Positions 39,101-50,467 of a stretch of DNA of 64,000 bases are shown here, piece after piece. Position 1 is the first letter of the stretch, and the number at the start of each line of letters is the position of its first letter. The notes beneath the pieces were generated by a model. It worked only from the letters and a program-made list of their open reading frames with translations, was not told where the DNA came from and did no database searches. The DNA lies in contig NC_135770.1 of assembly GCF_052425735.1 (NCBI RefSeq), positions 6,076,001-6,140,000 of the forward strand. Reading direction: 5' to 3'. This stretch comes from Oculina patagonica (lineage: Eukaryota). Position numbers and translations under genes: made by a program.

Positions 39101-40910
39101 GCTAGCAGTGGTAACCGAGGCCTTGAAGTACAAAGTTTTATCCAGCGCAACAGGGTTTGGAACATCGCCAGTGAAACCAGGCGAAGTATAAACTCCGAGC
39201 GAAAAGGTGAAAGATGCGGTACCTAAAGGGAGACAAACAGAGTAGAAAATTTATTAATNNNNNNNNNNNNNNNNNNNNNNNNNNNNNNNNNNNNNNNNNN
39301 NNNNNNNNNNNNNNNNNNNNNNNNNNNNNNNNNNNNNNNNNNNNNNNNNNNNNNNNNNNNNNNNNNNNNNNNNNNNNNNNNNNNNNNNNNNNNNNNNNNN
39401 AGAGGATAATATTGGATTGCAAAGAGATATGAAATTTCTCTTCTTGTGTTCGAATCGATATCTCACTCGTTCGCTTTGCTCACTCGATATCGATTTGAAC
39501 ACTCGAAGATAAATTTCATATCTCCAAGTAAGCAAGTATTATTTTATTTATTTCATAAACCTACAAATAACGAGGTTTTTGACAATTTTCTTAAGATTTC
39601 CGACCATTATCCGAAAATTTCCAAAGATTTTCAAAATGTTGTCAGAAGGTCACACAAATGTTTCAGAACATTTCCCGAAAATATCCGAAGATAACCGAAG
39701 ATTGCCAAGGAAGATCCGAAGATGTTTTGACTTAATATCGATAAACTTTGGCTTGTTATTCAGCATTTGAAACACATTGGCAAACTCGTCAGCAAACGTG
39801 ACGAAATCGATATCTCCGCACGTGAAAAATATATCTTTTAGAGTGTAAAGATATGATTTCTTATAGCGAGAGAAATCCTGGTATAGTTTACTCTAGTTTA
39901 TATAATAAAATTATTTTCTACATACTTGTATCATTGTCTGTTCGGTGCTTGATTGGTACGAAACTTGCCACTACGTTGTCGTCGTTATCGTATTTACACG
40001 ACACATAATACAGGTGTTCATACGAGCGGGACTGGAGTTGGTCCGTCACTGTTGGATTGATTTTAAGGATGTACTTAATGCCATCTGATAGCTGTTCTGA
40101 AGACTCAGAACAGTCGGGGAGGCTCAAACTAGAGTAGGTTACTGTCGTTGCGTCAGTAAAGGTTGGCTCACAGGAGTCGCTGCTTTCTAATTGCCAGGCA
40201 GGTGCACTCCACTCGTCAAGATCGTCTACGTCGCTGATAGTTATGCTAACCGTGTGATCATCATTACAAGTGACTGAACCAGTTGGAGCAGTAGGGTTAA
40301 AACCTGAAGAGTAACCTAAAAAATTAAAATTAAATAGTCCTAAGTCTTAGGACGGTTACTATTGGTCAAACCTGGCCGGCCAGACCGGTATATTCGAGAA
40401 CAGAATTAATTGAATTCCGTTGTCCTGTCAAAGCAGTCAATACATAAATTTATACACTGTTGCGGTGGATTTGTGGAAAATCTCGTAGAAAAGCAAAACC
40501 AACGGACCGGCCGGCAAGTTTGGACTAATGGTAAGCGCCCTTACCCTCTTGAACGTTTACAGACTAGAGAGGTAGTTGTCGACAGTTTTGTGTACTCATC
40601 AACTAAATCGAGTACCCTGTAAAATAAATCTGGTTTCATCAAGTGGCGCAAGCCAGCTATTCAAACAAAATCATCAATACTGATTTTCCACTGATAAAGG
40701 TCGGGCAAAATAAAATCCCATTTCCCATTGTTGTTATTCTGTAAAACCGATTGCGATTTTTCTAAAGCCACTGGGGCTGCTTGGTGTGGTTTACAGGTTT
40801 GAGGCGAAATGATTTCCATATTGGTTCAAAATAATTAAGAAGAACCTTTAGTTACCCTTTGAAACCTGGCAGGCAAGTGCAATTGTCATCAACAGAATAA
40901 GCTTCCTCAT
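36144..40910 (-). CDS. ZP-module transmembrane protein G4
   Basis: Signal exon 40910-40856 (MRKLILLMTIALACQVSK-G), ZP-N 40315 or 40303 to 39926 (two in-frame acceptors 12 nt apart), 39222-39003, 37864-37533 (KRKRRS) and TM exon 36355-36144. Confidence 0.88.
39259..39400. other. Assembly gap at a microsatellite position
   Basis: N run. The paralogous position (28718-28822) is an AAT/GAT repeat. Confidence 0.97.
40347..40543. mobile_element. MITE-like inverted-repeat element
   Basis: TTAGGACGGTTACTATTGGTCAAACCTGGCCGGCC ... GGCCGGCAAGTTTGGACTAATGGTAAGCGCCCTTA. Confidence 0.6.
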
Positions 40911-41447
40911 GTTTGACTGCTCAAGTCCACCGACTCCTTAAACACCGGTTTCTGTTGAAAATATAATAACAACAACGATGAATCAGCTTATAGCCAATAG
41001 CCACCATGGTGTGGTTTTTCAAATATAATGCATTCAAGTTGGATGAACCGCATAGGACGAACAGCCTTAAATTTCTGGCGATTTCAACCAGGTCCTTTGT
41101 TCTTTTTCGCATGTCGCATGTATTGCGTGCTTACGGCATTGCATTAAATAATGCGCTTGCGTGTGGGCTGTTTTGGCGCTTTGGTAAAAATAAACAGCTT
41201 ATATATGTTGTTCACGTCTCTGTCCATAGAATGGACAGAGCATTCCAAAGTAAGAGTAATTCTACATAATTTTCTAGCATTATCTGACGCTTATACTTTG
41301 TTCTGTAATTTTGGCACAGATATTGGAAATATAAGAGTAAACGGATCTTCGAGAATCGTCTTCTTTACTGTGTTTGCCCTCTAGCAGACCACATAGCTAA
41401 TTTGCATTATAAAATGAAAAACAGCATGGCGATCGACTAATCATGAT

Positions 41448-42135
41448 TAAGGTGGCTGGCTACAGGCTCCAGGCTCTAGCACTTTCCAAGACTTAGATTT
41501 TGATGGGTCTCTATAAGTACTCTTTATCAGTTGATGCTACAATCATGGCGTCAAACAAATGTCCGATGATAACGAAACACGTTGTTATCATTTTTATGAG
41601 ACAAAATGTTACCATAGCCACAGTTAATAACCCTCTAAATACACTCTAAATTTAGCTCTAACTGCTAATTACTTAAAAGCGAGTTTTGGTGACCCCTATT
41701 GTTTATAATTAAATTTTGATCAGCAAGACAAGGTGCAACTTTTGGCAAAGTTTAAACAAAATCTGTAAATGGGGCCCAGAGCCACCTTAAATTTTAATAA
41801 ATTTAAGGTGGCTCTGGACTCCATGTGTAGATTTTTTAAAAGTTTGCAGAAATTTGCATCTTATCCTGTTGATAACAATTCAATAACAAAAGAATGTGGG
41901 TCACCGGACGCGTTTTTGAGTTATGCCACTTCAAGGTAAAATAAAGGGTGTTTTTAACAGGTTACACCGTTGCTATAGCAATTTGTAATGACAAGAAAAT
42001 AATCACAACTTGTTCACCAATGATTGGCCAAGGCTTTGATACCATAACTGTTGCGTCAACTGAAAGAGAGTACTAGTATTGATTCGTCAAAGTTGAGTTG
42101 CTAAAAACGGCAGGAAACTAAATTTTGAGCCACCT
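41448..42135. mobile_element. Probable TIR element with an internal palindrome
   Basis: TTAAGGTGGCT...AGCCACCTAAA ends and an internal CAGAGCCACCTTAAATT...AATTTAAGGTGGCTCTG inverted repeat. Confidence 0.55.
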
Positions 42136-45100
42136 AAAGGCCTCATAAAAAAGGATCTGATTTAAGTGCAGTTAGTGGTCATCGATGAGAATCTAAGGAA
42201 TAACAAGGAAGCTTGAAAACAGCTTTAAATGGGCAGTTGATATTTAACCAGTTCTTCGACTAGAAAAGCTCGCGGAGGTACAGTAATATATATTCAAAAA
42301 AGCAGTCACGTCATCTCTTGCTTTGATCCACATGCCTGGATAAATTCCTGCTTATGCTTGCAGATATTTATTTTGTTCCGAATCTTGAATTAAACAAGAA
42401 TGGTGACAAGAAAAAATACATTTCACGCTAAATGAAGAGTAGAAAAGGGCCTTTCCGTCATATTTCTCTGTTTACCGTTGTTTGGCTAGTCACGCTTTCC
42501 TCATTACGACGATCGTTCGCGTCATCTCTTTCTTTATCATATACATAAACATATTTCTGCCTAGCCTTGCAATATTTATTTTGTTTTGTTCCGAATCTTG
42601 AATGGGAAACATTGGATTCGGTAAAAAAATTAAAGTTTACCTGCTGTATTGCTCGAAAATTAAAACATAGCTATCAGCGGCATTTGAGAAGTCGCGTAAT
42701 TCAAAGCCAAAGTAAATAAATTACACAGGGAAATTCCCCTCGTAGGTCTCGTGCCGTGACACATTCTTGCTGGGTTTGCAATTTTCGTTTGGATTCCAAA
42801 AAACTCAAAACACTTGCATGACAAACGAAAAATAATACAGAAAATAATAGTTAGCTGCTGGTCGAATCAGGAGTGATCGAATATAATATTATTCACATGA
42901 GTCATATAATATCAAGAACATACAGACTTTTTTTTCCGACAACAAAGTGGTGTCGGCCCAACGGAGGTCTGGCCGGTAAGTAACGGTGAAAAAAAAAAAA
43001 AAAAAACCTCGAGAGAATTATGAACTGGCGCTCCGCCCAGTTAATAATAATAATGATGATGATATTTAAGTGTCGGGTAACCATAGCCGTTTCCCACTAA
43101 GTAGAACACTAGAAAATAAAAAGCTATAAAACTTAAATTTCAGTGGTAAAAAATGGCACCTCTTTGCAAAATTATAAAGACCAGAATAATAGTCCTAGAT
43201 ATCTAATAGAATGTTTGCCATAGCTGAATGTATTAAAACTAGGTATATCTTAGATGATCAAGATATAATAAAATTCGATTAACAATTGGACTGACTAAGA
43301 TTAATCACAATCAATCAATAATTTTGTTCTTGCAGTTTACTTTCAAATTAATTCTTGAGAGACTTAACAAAGCTAGATTTCAATGGCCGACAACACCAAA
43401 AAGAGTTGTTTAAATGCCGCTCAAAATTCCAGGTTTATGTCTCGCAAGTGACAGCACAAAACGCATGAAGAACACTAAACGGCAAATACGAAATTTGGGC
43501 TTTTGATCGTTTTCCAATGGCTAAAATTTGCACGCCTACCTTAATTTTTTTTGCACGCTACAAAATAAATCAGCCCATCCAAAAATAAGAACTGATAAAA
43601 ATGAACAGGAAAAGATAAAATATGGTAGATATTTTAAAAATCAAAAGTCCGCAAGATCTAGTTAAGATCTGATAAATGTTCGACTCGATCTAGTAAGTCA
43701 CGTGTCAATTTACTTCATAAAGCGCTGCAGAACCGAGAGAAACTGACAGCATTTATTTTGCCGAGATCGAACTAAATAATTCTTCGATAGAATACGCCCA
43801 ACAATGTGATCGGCACCTTAATTCGTTAAGATGAATGACTTATTAAGATTATTGCAGCTTTACCTTTTTCCGGCTTATTTCTTATCAAACTCGACGTTTA
43901 AAATTGGGTAAATTTGCCGTTTGTCAAATACTCGGAGATCGCTATTAACGAAAAGATTTTCGTTCTAATTTCCCATGAAAGAAACGAAGAAGAAGACAGC
44001 TATTAAACTTACCACAGTTTGAAATCAATGCGCTTAACAATCTTGTGGCTCCAGAAACTGGGCACACACAACCAACCACTGAAAAGCAAAAATGACAGCA
44101 AAGGACACGAAAGTTAAAATTGTGTTTCGAAGCTTTTTCACGGCAAACGTGAAAGTAGAAATGCAGTTACCTCTGTAAACTTGGCTGCGAAGCGATGCGA
44201 AGCGTGTTGGTCAGTCGACTCGTTCATTTGAATATGCTTAGCTTGCAACATTCATTAATTATTCACAATTAAATTCACCAATAGGCTTGCGAATTTTTCA
44301 GTTCCACATGCTTGTCTGAAAATGTCAGCTCATGGAAGCTAAAATTCCAAATCCAAGAATTTTGAAAAAATAGAATAAAAACTTGTCACGAGTAAATAGT
44401 TTGTTAACGCATCATTGTTATAGTACAGTGAGTAGGTGCAATGAATGCAATAAAAACATTTAGAAAACACCTTTTAGAAAGTGTGTGCTAAAAGCGCGCC
44501 GTACGTTTAAAACTCAATAAAACACAGAACTAGCACGAACTGTTTACGTAATGATGGCGCGAGCAGAGATATTACATTTTAATAATCGAAATAACCGTTT
44601 GATGTCTTTTCCTTTTCTCGCAGTGTCTGATAAAAGAAAAAAGCGGAAAATGTTTTCTTTTTCTTCAATAAAATCTTAATTATCTTTCTGCGTGTGATAA
44701 AATATGAATTGCATTTTTCAAAATAACGCGTCGTTAATTTCACACTGCAGTCTGCCTTTTTCATCTGCCCAGTACTGGAATGTTATCAGTTAAATGTGTG
44801 AATTTACATTGTAACATCATCAATAAAAAGGAAAGCTATTTGCATTGGAACGACAATTAAGGTGGAATATATATGTTTGAAAATATTAAATTTAACTTAA
44901 ACAACACTAAAATTATCGTAAATTTTAAGTGTGGTGACCCTGTACTACATCCTTCAAATCGTGTTCGAGATTTTAACAGATCAGACAAGAATTTCTTTGT
45001 GCTTGGCTCATAAATCAAAGGGAAAAACAAGGATCCGACTATCTCACACTTCCGACCGAGGAAACGAAGGATCCTCGACCCCGAGAAAGGAAAGCAGTTT

Positions 45101-46360
45101 TAAACGTTAATAAGTCCCCGTACTTGTTAGTTTAAGCTTACGTAGTTTTGCATTATAAATTGAACACCGTAAAATTCTGAATATACCCCCCCCCCTCCCC
45201 CCACCTCCAATTTTGGACGAAAAAAAATCCGTCCGAAACTAACCCTACCCAAATAAAAGCCCATGATTATGAGCTCGTATTGGGAAGGAGCTTGTTTTGA
45301 ATTTTCACGGTAAGAGAATGCTCAGGGAGACCGCATGACATGTTTCGGATTTCATGGTGTTGTCAACGCTATGTTTAGTAAGTTTTACATGCACCTTATT
45401 CGATGGTTTAACATATAACACGCGCGGTTATTTGCGAGTTGCATAGAGTTTTCCTGAGCCCGGTATATTTTAGCCATCAAATAAGGGATGTATTATTTCA
45501 CTATTATTCGAAGCCTAAAGGAGGTAAACATGTCAAAGTTTGGATCGTTTAGTCCAGCCGTTTGGTTGTTCAGCCTCCCTTTCGTATTTCTGTCCTGTTC
45601 TACAGTAAATAAATCACCGGCTCAAATTTTGCCCGTTCTCTTGACCTAATAGTTGTGCAATAATAAGTGATATTCTTATATGCACCAAATTTCAGTTACA
45701 GTATAGATTAGAAACCTAGGCAACAAGGGGGGGGGGGGGGGTGACTCTATTGTTTCCAGTTGTTTATTCGTGCCCGATTCATCACTGCGATTCCCTCGAT
45801 TTGGTCAGATGAGCGGGATTAAATCGTGAGTATGCCACAACAGAGGCTTTTCTTCGCTAATTCCTTCCCAGTGTTTACGGTTTGATGTCTTAACTGTCTG
45901 TGTATGATCTTTTTCTTGTTTTTTTTGCGCCCGTAATCCTGTAATTTGGTTATTTTTTTAACTCTTGAACGGGACAGAAGGCGGAACCGCCATTTTGGTT
46001 TCGGGTCAAGCGAACAACCCAAACATTTTTCTCAAATCGGCTTCATAATAGGAGGTTTTACTCCTTGATTATTAACGTTTAATCTCTGTGTCATCCTGTG
46101 TCGCTTGAGCTAGCCAAACTTCATATCTTTCCGTTTGAGTGCAAAGATATTATTTTTATCTGGAACATGTCAACAACTCCGATCGCTGCTTCGCGATCTC
46201 ATGTAGAAATTATTTTTCCATATCTTTTTTATTCGGATTCATTGGCTTATTATAATGTACTATAGTTGGTATCTGTGCAGTTCTGTTGTATTTTGTGGCT
46301 TTCCTTGCCGTGTTGGTTCTTAAATTACATTGATTGCATACCTCCTAAAAAAATGAAAAA

Positions 46361-46441
46361 AAAAAAAGCTTACAACACGGGGTACTTCGAGTTGGGCACC
46401 CATCCAAGTGTTAACCCCGTCTGGCAGGCCTTAACTTCGGC
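46361..46441 (-). pseudogene. 5S rRNA-derived fragment (3' part)
   Basis: Reverse complement reads GAAGTTAAG...GGTTAACACTTGGATGGGTGCCC...GAAGTACCCCGTGTTGTAAGCTTTTT, resembling the 5S internal control region and 3' end followed by an oligo-T. Confidence 0.75.
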
Positions 46442-46675
46442 CAGCTTGAATTGGGAAAGCCGTTCAGATTGTGGTTTGAGCGAGAAAAAAGTGCTGTGCG
46501 AAATAGGCATGAGTTCAAATTCGTTGCCGCAACAGTTAACACCTTTCAATGTAACAATGTTGCAACTGAAGACAAGTAGTACAAAATTACCGATTAAAAA
46601 AGACTAGAGTAAAGTTATTCTGTGTTGTTTTTTTTATAATACCTAATGAAATCGCAGGCTCCATCCCTCTTGGCC

Positions 46676-46750
46676 AAAGTTAAGCCCTGTCGGGCGGGGT
46701 TAATACATGGATGTGTGACCAACTGAAAATTACCCGTGCAGCGCCTTTTT
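46676..46750 (+). pseudogene. 5S rRNA-derived fragment (3' part)
   Basis: AAAGTTAAGCCCTGTCGGGCGGGGTTAATACATGGATGTGTGACC...TACCCGTGCAGCGCCTTTTT resembles the 3' two-thirds of 5S. Confidence 0.7.
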
Positions 46751-46989
46751 CCTTCTTGATTTTTACCGATTTTCATCTTTAAGGGGAAAGAAAAGAAGAT
46801 ACACAAATGCTAAAAGTCTGATACTGCACGTACATCGAGAACCGTATATCCTGTGCCAAACCTTCTATTTCTGTTACAATAAAATAACGTCTGATCTACC
46901 AAAAAATACCAGAAGAGTGACGGTTGCATTCGTTAAGATCTCTGCATCATCGACTTGAGTAAATGGAAAAAGGTAACGGAGGAAAATGC

Positions 46990-47570
46990 CACATTCTTGA
47001 TTTGTTTCTCGATTGACACTTTGCCCGCTATCCGCACATGCGACTTGACGGGGAAGACGGCAACGGTAACTTCTGCTGGCGGGAGTGTTCATGTTAAGGG
47101 ACGGTTCGACATCGCTGCGGCTGGCGTAGTCTATGCGATCGTGTGCCAACGCTGTCACATGATCTACACAGCGGCCTGGCGAAACCGGTCGCAGGCTTTC
47201 GGACCGTTTCGGTGAGCACCTCCGTTCTGTAGATCGCTTCCATCAGAATCCCCGCTACCAAGGAGGCGGATTCCCTGTCGCTGAACACTTCAACCTCCCG
47301 GACCACAACAAGATCAATGACATGCAAGTGTCTGTGGTGAGCCAGGTGAACGGCGACACGGCAGGAAGACAGCGTGAACACTTGCCCCAAGAGGCTTGAA
47401 CGTGGACTTTAAATTTATTTAGTTCATTTAGTTTCTTCCGCGCGCGCGACCTTTAACGTAACGTTTGATAATCACCCAACGGTTTTTACTTTGCGACTGA
47501 TGAAGGGGTTATTCCCGAAACGTCTCGCTAAACGAGAAAACATTTTAGCACTTTTTTAAGAAAAAAAAAC
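46990..47570 (+). mobile_element. Penelope-like retroelement 3' remnant (GIY-YIG endonuclease, frameshifted)
   Basis: Across frameshifts it translates as VVYAIVCQRCHMIY..GETGRRLSDRFGEHLRS...FPVAEHFNLPDH...LAPRGLNVDF, the typical C-terminus of PLE GIY-YIG proteins. A hammerhead motif follows. Confidence 0.85.
47493..47528 (+). ncRNA. Minimal type I hammerhead ribozyme (PLE-associated)
   Basis: GCGA-CTGATGA-aggggttattccc-GAAA-C-GTC-TCGC: both catalytic boxes, stem II (GGG/CCC), stem I (GCGA/TCGC), a GUC cleavage triplet and a palindromic ACGT in place of stem III. Confidence 0.75.
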
Positions 47571-48017
47571 ATTTCAAAGTACAATTCACACATATATGCA
47601 TGCCGATGCGCTTCTCGCCTGTAAATTAGCCTTTAGGGTCTAGGTGTACCCCACTAGGTGCGGCTTCTAAAATTATGTATATAGTCCGTGGTCTCACTAA
47701 ATGTTTCTAAATTTATTTAGATGTTTGAAAAACGGTTTCAGGTTTCATGTCTTAACGAATTATTCTGTGTTCAGTGGATTGGTTTTTCGTTTTTAGCACA
47801 ACTTAAGTAAAGCGCGCACTCTGATTGGTTAATTAAGCGTTTACTGTTTGCCCATTGGTGACTCATGCCTTCAACTTGAGCGCGAGCGCTGATGTGACAG
47901 AACATGGCGCAAGCGATCTCACCAGTTTTCTACGTCACTTTTCTACTAGTGAATTTGAAAAGCCACATATGAGGAATGCATCCCTCCCCTATACTGAAAG
48001 ATTGTTGACTTTTTTGT

Positions 48018-48495
48018 TAAGGCAGGTCTCGTAGGGCAACCATAAAGGCTGGTGTGGACCTGCCATTAAATAATACACTAACAAAACATATAACTATTAA
48101 TGAAAAAGAAATATAAAAAGAGAATTAAAAATATATGAAGTCAGAATCCTTGGAATTAATAAAGCAGGCCTCTTTCTCAAACTGGATTAGGTGTATAGAT
48201 CTAGAGACACGTTTAAGACTTGCTTTGAATAGCTGTAAGGAGGCAGCGTTTCTGATGTTTCTCGGGATTGAGTTCCATACAATAGGGCCCCGATATCTCA
48301 CGCTGTTTCTTCCAAGTAAACTATTGTAACGTACTAGAGAAAAGTCATTAGAGCGCCTTAATTTAAAATTATTATCGTCATAACGTGTTCCAAGCAGGGA
48401 CGTAAGTTAATCAGGTAGAGAGTGATTGTACACCTGGTACATAACGGAAGCAAGCCTTCGCTTGTAAATATAATTCAAAGGCTTCCATTTTACAA
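48018..48495 (-). mobile_element. 5'-truncated LINE (CR1/L2-like) ORF2 C-terminus and 3' UTR
   Basis: Minus-strand translation KWKPLNYIYKRRLASVMYQVYNHSLPD*L...FSLVRYNSLLGRNSVRYRGPIVWNSIPRNIRNAASLQLFKASLK, then a 3' UTR with a GGCAGGTC...GACCTGCC hairpin. Confidence 0.75.
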
Positions 48496-48697
48496 TTTAT
48501 GTCAGAGATTGCGCGGTGAGTACTGCACGCGTTACTTCAAAATTTAGAGAGTAACCTTTGCATTCTCAACACAAAGAAACTGTAGTAAATCGCCCTTACG
48601 TTGTGCTGTGCGGAAACAAATGGCAAACGCATCAGCGTGCAATATTTAGTTATGGATGCAGTAAGGATGTTTGCTACGCACCCAGGAAGCTAGAGTC

Positions 48698-49098
48698 GCC
48701 CTCTGAACTATCAAACATTTTCGTCCAAGATCAGGTTGTCTTATTATGTTGAAAGAGCATGTTTGACTGTTTAGCCGCCTCTCTCAACATTGCTTTTAAA
48801 TGGTTTCCAATGTTTGATCTAGATCAAACATTTTCATCCAGTATTTTGCGTCACGAGCAAATGTTTGATCGTTTAGCCATCTCTGCAAACAACGCAAGCG
48901 CAAGCGGGAAAAAGCAACCAATCAGAAGCCGAATGTATGTGACGTCACTGCATAATGTTTAGCGGTAATACACACAAAGCGTTATGTGGGCTCACCTTGG
49001 TTGATGTTTGATCAAACATTGTTTGCTCGTTTAGCCACCCCATGTTGTGTGCGAGTAACACGATGTTGGGCGAAAATGTTTGATCGTTTAGCCAGAGA
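48698..49098. mobile_element. MITE-like element with ATCAAACATTTT / AAAATGTTTGAT inverted ends
   Basis: Inverted terminal motifs and internal ATGTTTGATCGTTTAGCC repeats. Confidence 0.55.
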
Positions 49099-50467
49099 TT
49101 TACGCTTTATTCTTTCTTTGCAACCTTTCGCGTGCATCCATAACTCAACAGCGCTTGCTGTTTATTTTCATCTGTTAAATAGTCAAAAATAATTGAAAGG
49201 TTCACTCGCTGTCAAGACAAGTCTCCAGCATACGGTTGGAAGAACTTCAATGATCTGGAGTTGAGGGCTAAAAAATCTCATCTACCATCATAATGCAAAC
49301 GACAGACGCAATTTTGTGGTGTCCAAGGATACAGGTTATTTTTATTGTTGTGCATGAAACATCAGGTTATTGTACATCATTGGGTGAAGAATAAAAACTG
49401 TATCGTCCATTAGCTTGAATGGCCAAAAAAGGATGTTACTTTCATAATTTTTGAAGTCCTCGATGACAAAATTAATATCATTCGTTACCCCTACACCTGT
49501 ACGTTTCTTGATTATCCCTAATTTCCGAAGCTCTAATTCCACAAAAGTCTAGGCCTATCAAGCAGCTATATTTGCTTATCGTTCTGGAAACTAAAAAAAA
49601 AACTTGTAAAGGCTCGATTAGCTAAGTTAGCATAACATCAAAAATAAAAATAAAAAACGTTCAACTAAGCAAAACTAAATATTATACGCCGATGAAAAAT
49701 AGTATGTGTTATTCCTTAAGCCATACAAATGACTTTCAACATCTACTGAGGCTATTGTGCGAACTTTTATATGTGATAAAATGAAAAGAAAAATACACGA
49801 AAGAAGACTGTATTAATTGACTATGCACTTAGTGGATTTCTGTTTTCGTACGAAAAATAAAAAAAAAATAGAAAATAAAAAGATTGGAACTAAGCTGTTT
49901 CTAGTCTACTTTGTAACGAGAGAATTTAAGAGAACCTTTTCACTATCAGAGTTAAAATCTTGGGTTGTTCAACGTGATTGTCACTTTCAATTCTGTCAAG
50001 ATGAAACCCTGTTGTGTGATGCAAGTTTTGGTATAATGGTGCACAGTGGTTCTAACTTCAGAGTTTGTGAACATTTAAATGAAAGGTTTTGATGAGAAGT
50101 TTTAGTTTTCCGTTTGTTCATTCAATTATGAAGTTTTTTTTTACCATTTTTAACTTTACACCAGCCCTTTGAAGTGAAAAGGTTGACGATCTCATTACTT
50201 TAGTATTCGCCTCACAGCTATCACACTAATTTGTCTACTAGAGGATATTCACGTTTAGTCCTCTAGTCCAAGCGTAAGCATGTTAAGAAACATTCCTTAT
50301 TAATCATTATCAACGGTTAACACAAAATTTGCTTAACTGTATCATATGCACTTTTTTTTGAAAAAAAGTTGTGATTAGTTTTGATGTAATATCTACGGTC
50401 TGTCTAATCCACGTGTGCTATAGTTCAATTCAGCTCCTTCAAATGTCAGGATCTTTCAATATGGCGC

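Larger units (their letters stand above)
18670..40290. repeat. Tandem segmental duplication, unit about 10.6-10.7 kb (about 19.0-29.7 kb repeated at about 29.7-40.3 kb)
   Basis: Collinear near-identical exons, introns, SINEs, 28S fragment and MITEs at offsets of 10.5-10.7 kb, e.g. 19035/29734, 20646/31347, 23696/34262, 26999/37533 and 29369/39926. Confidence 0.92.
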
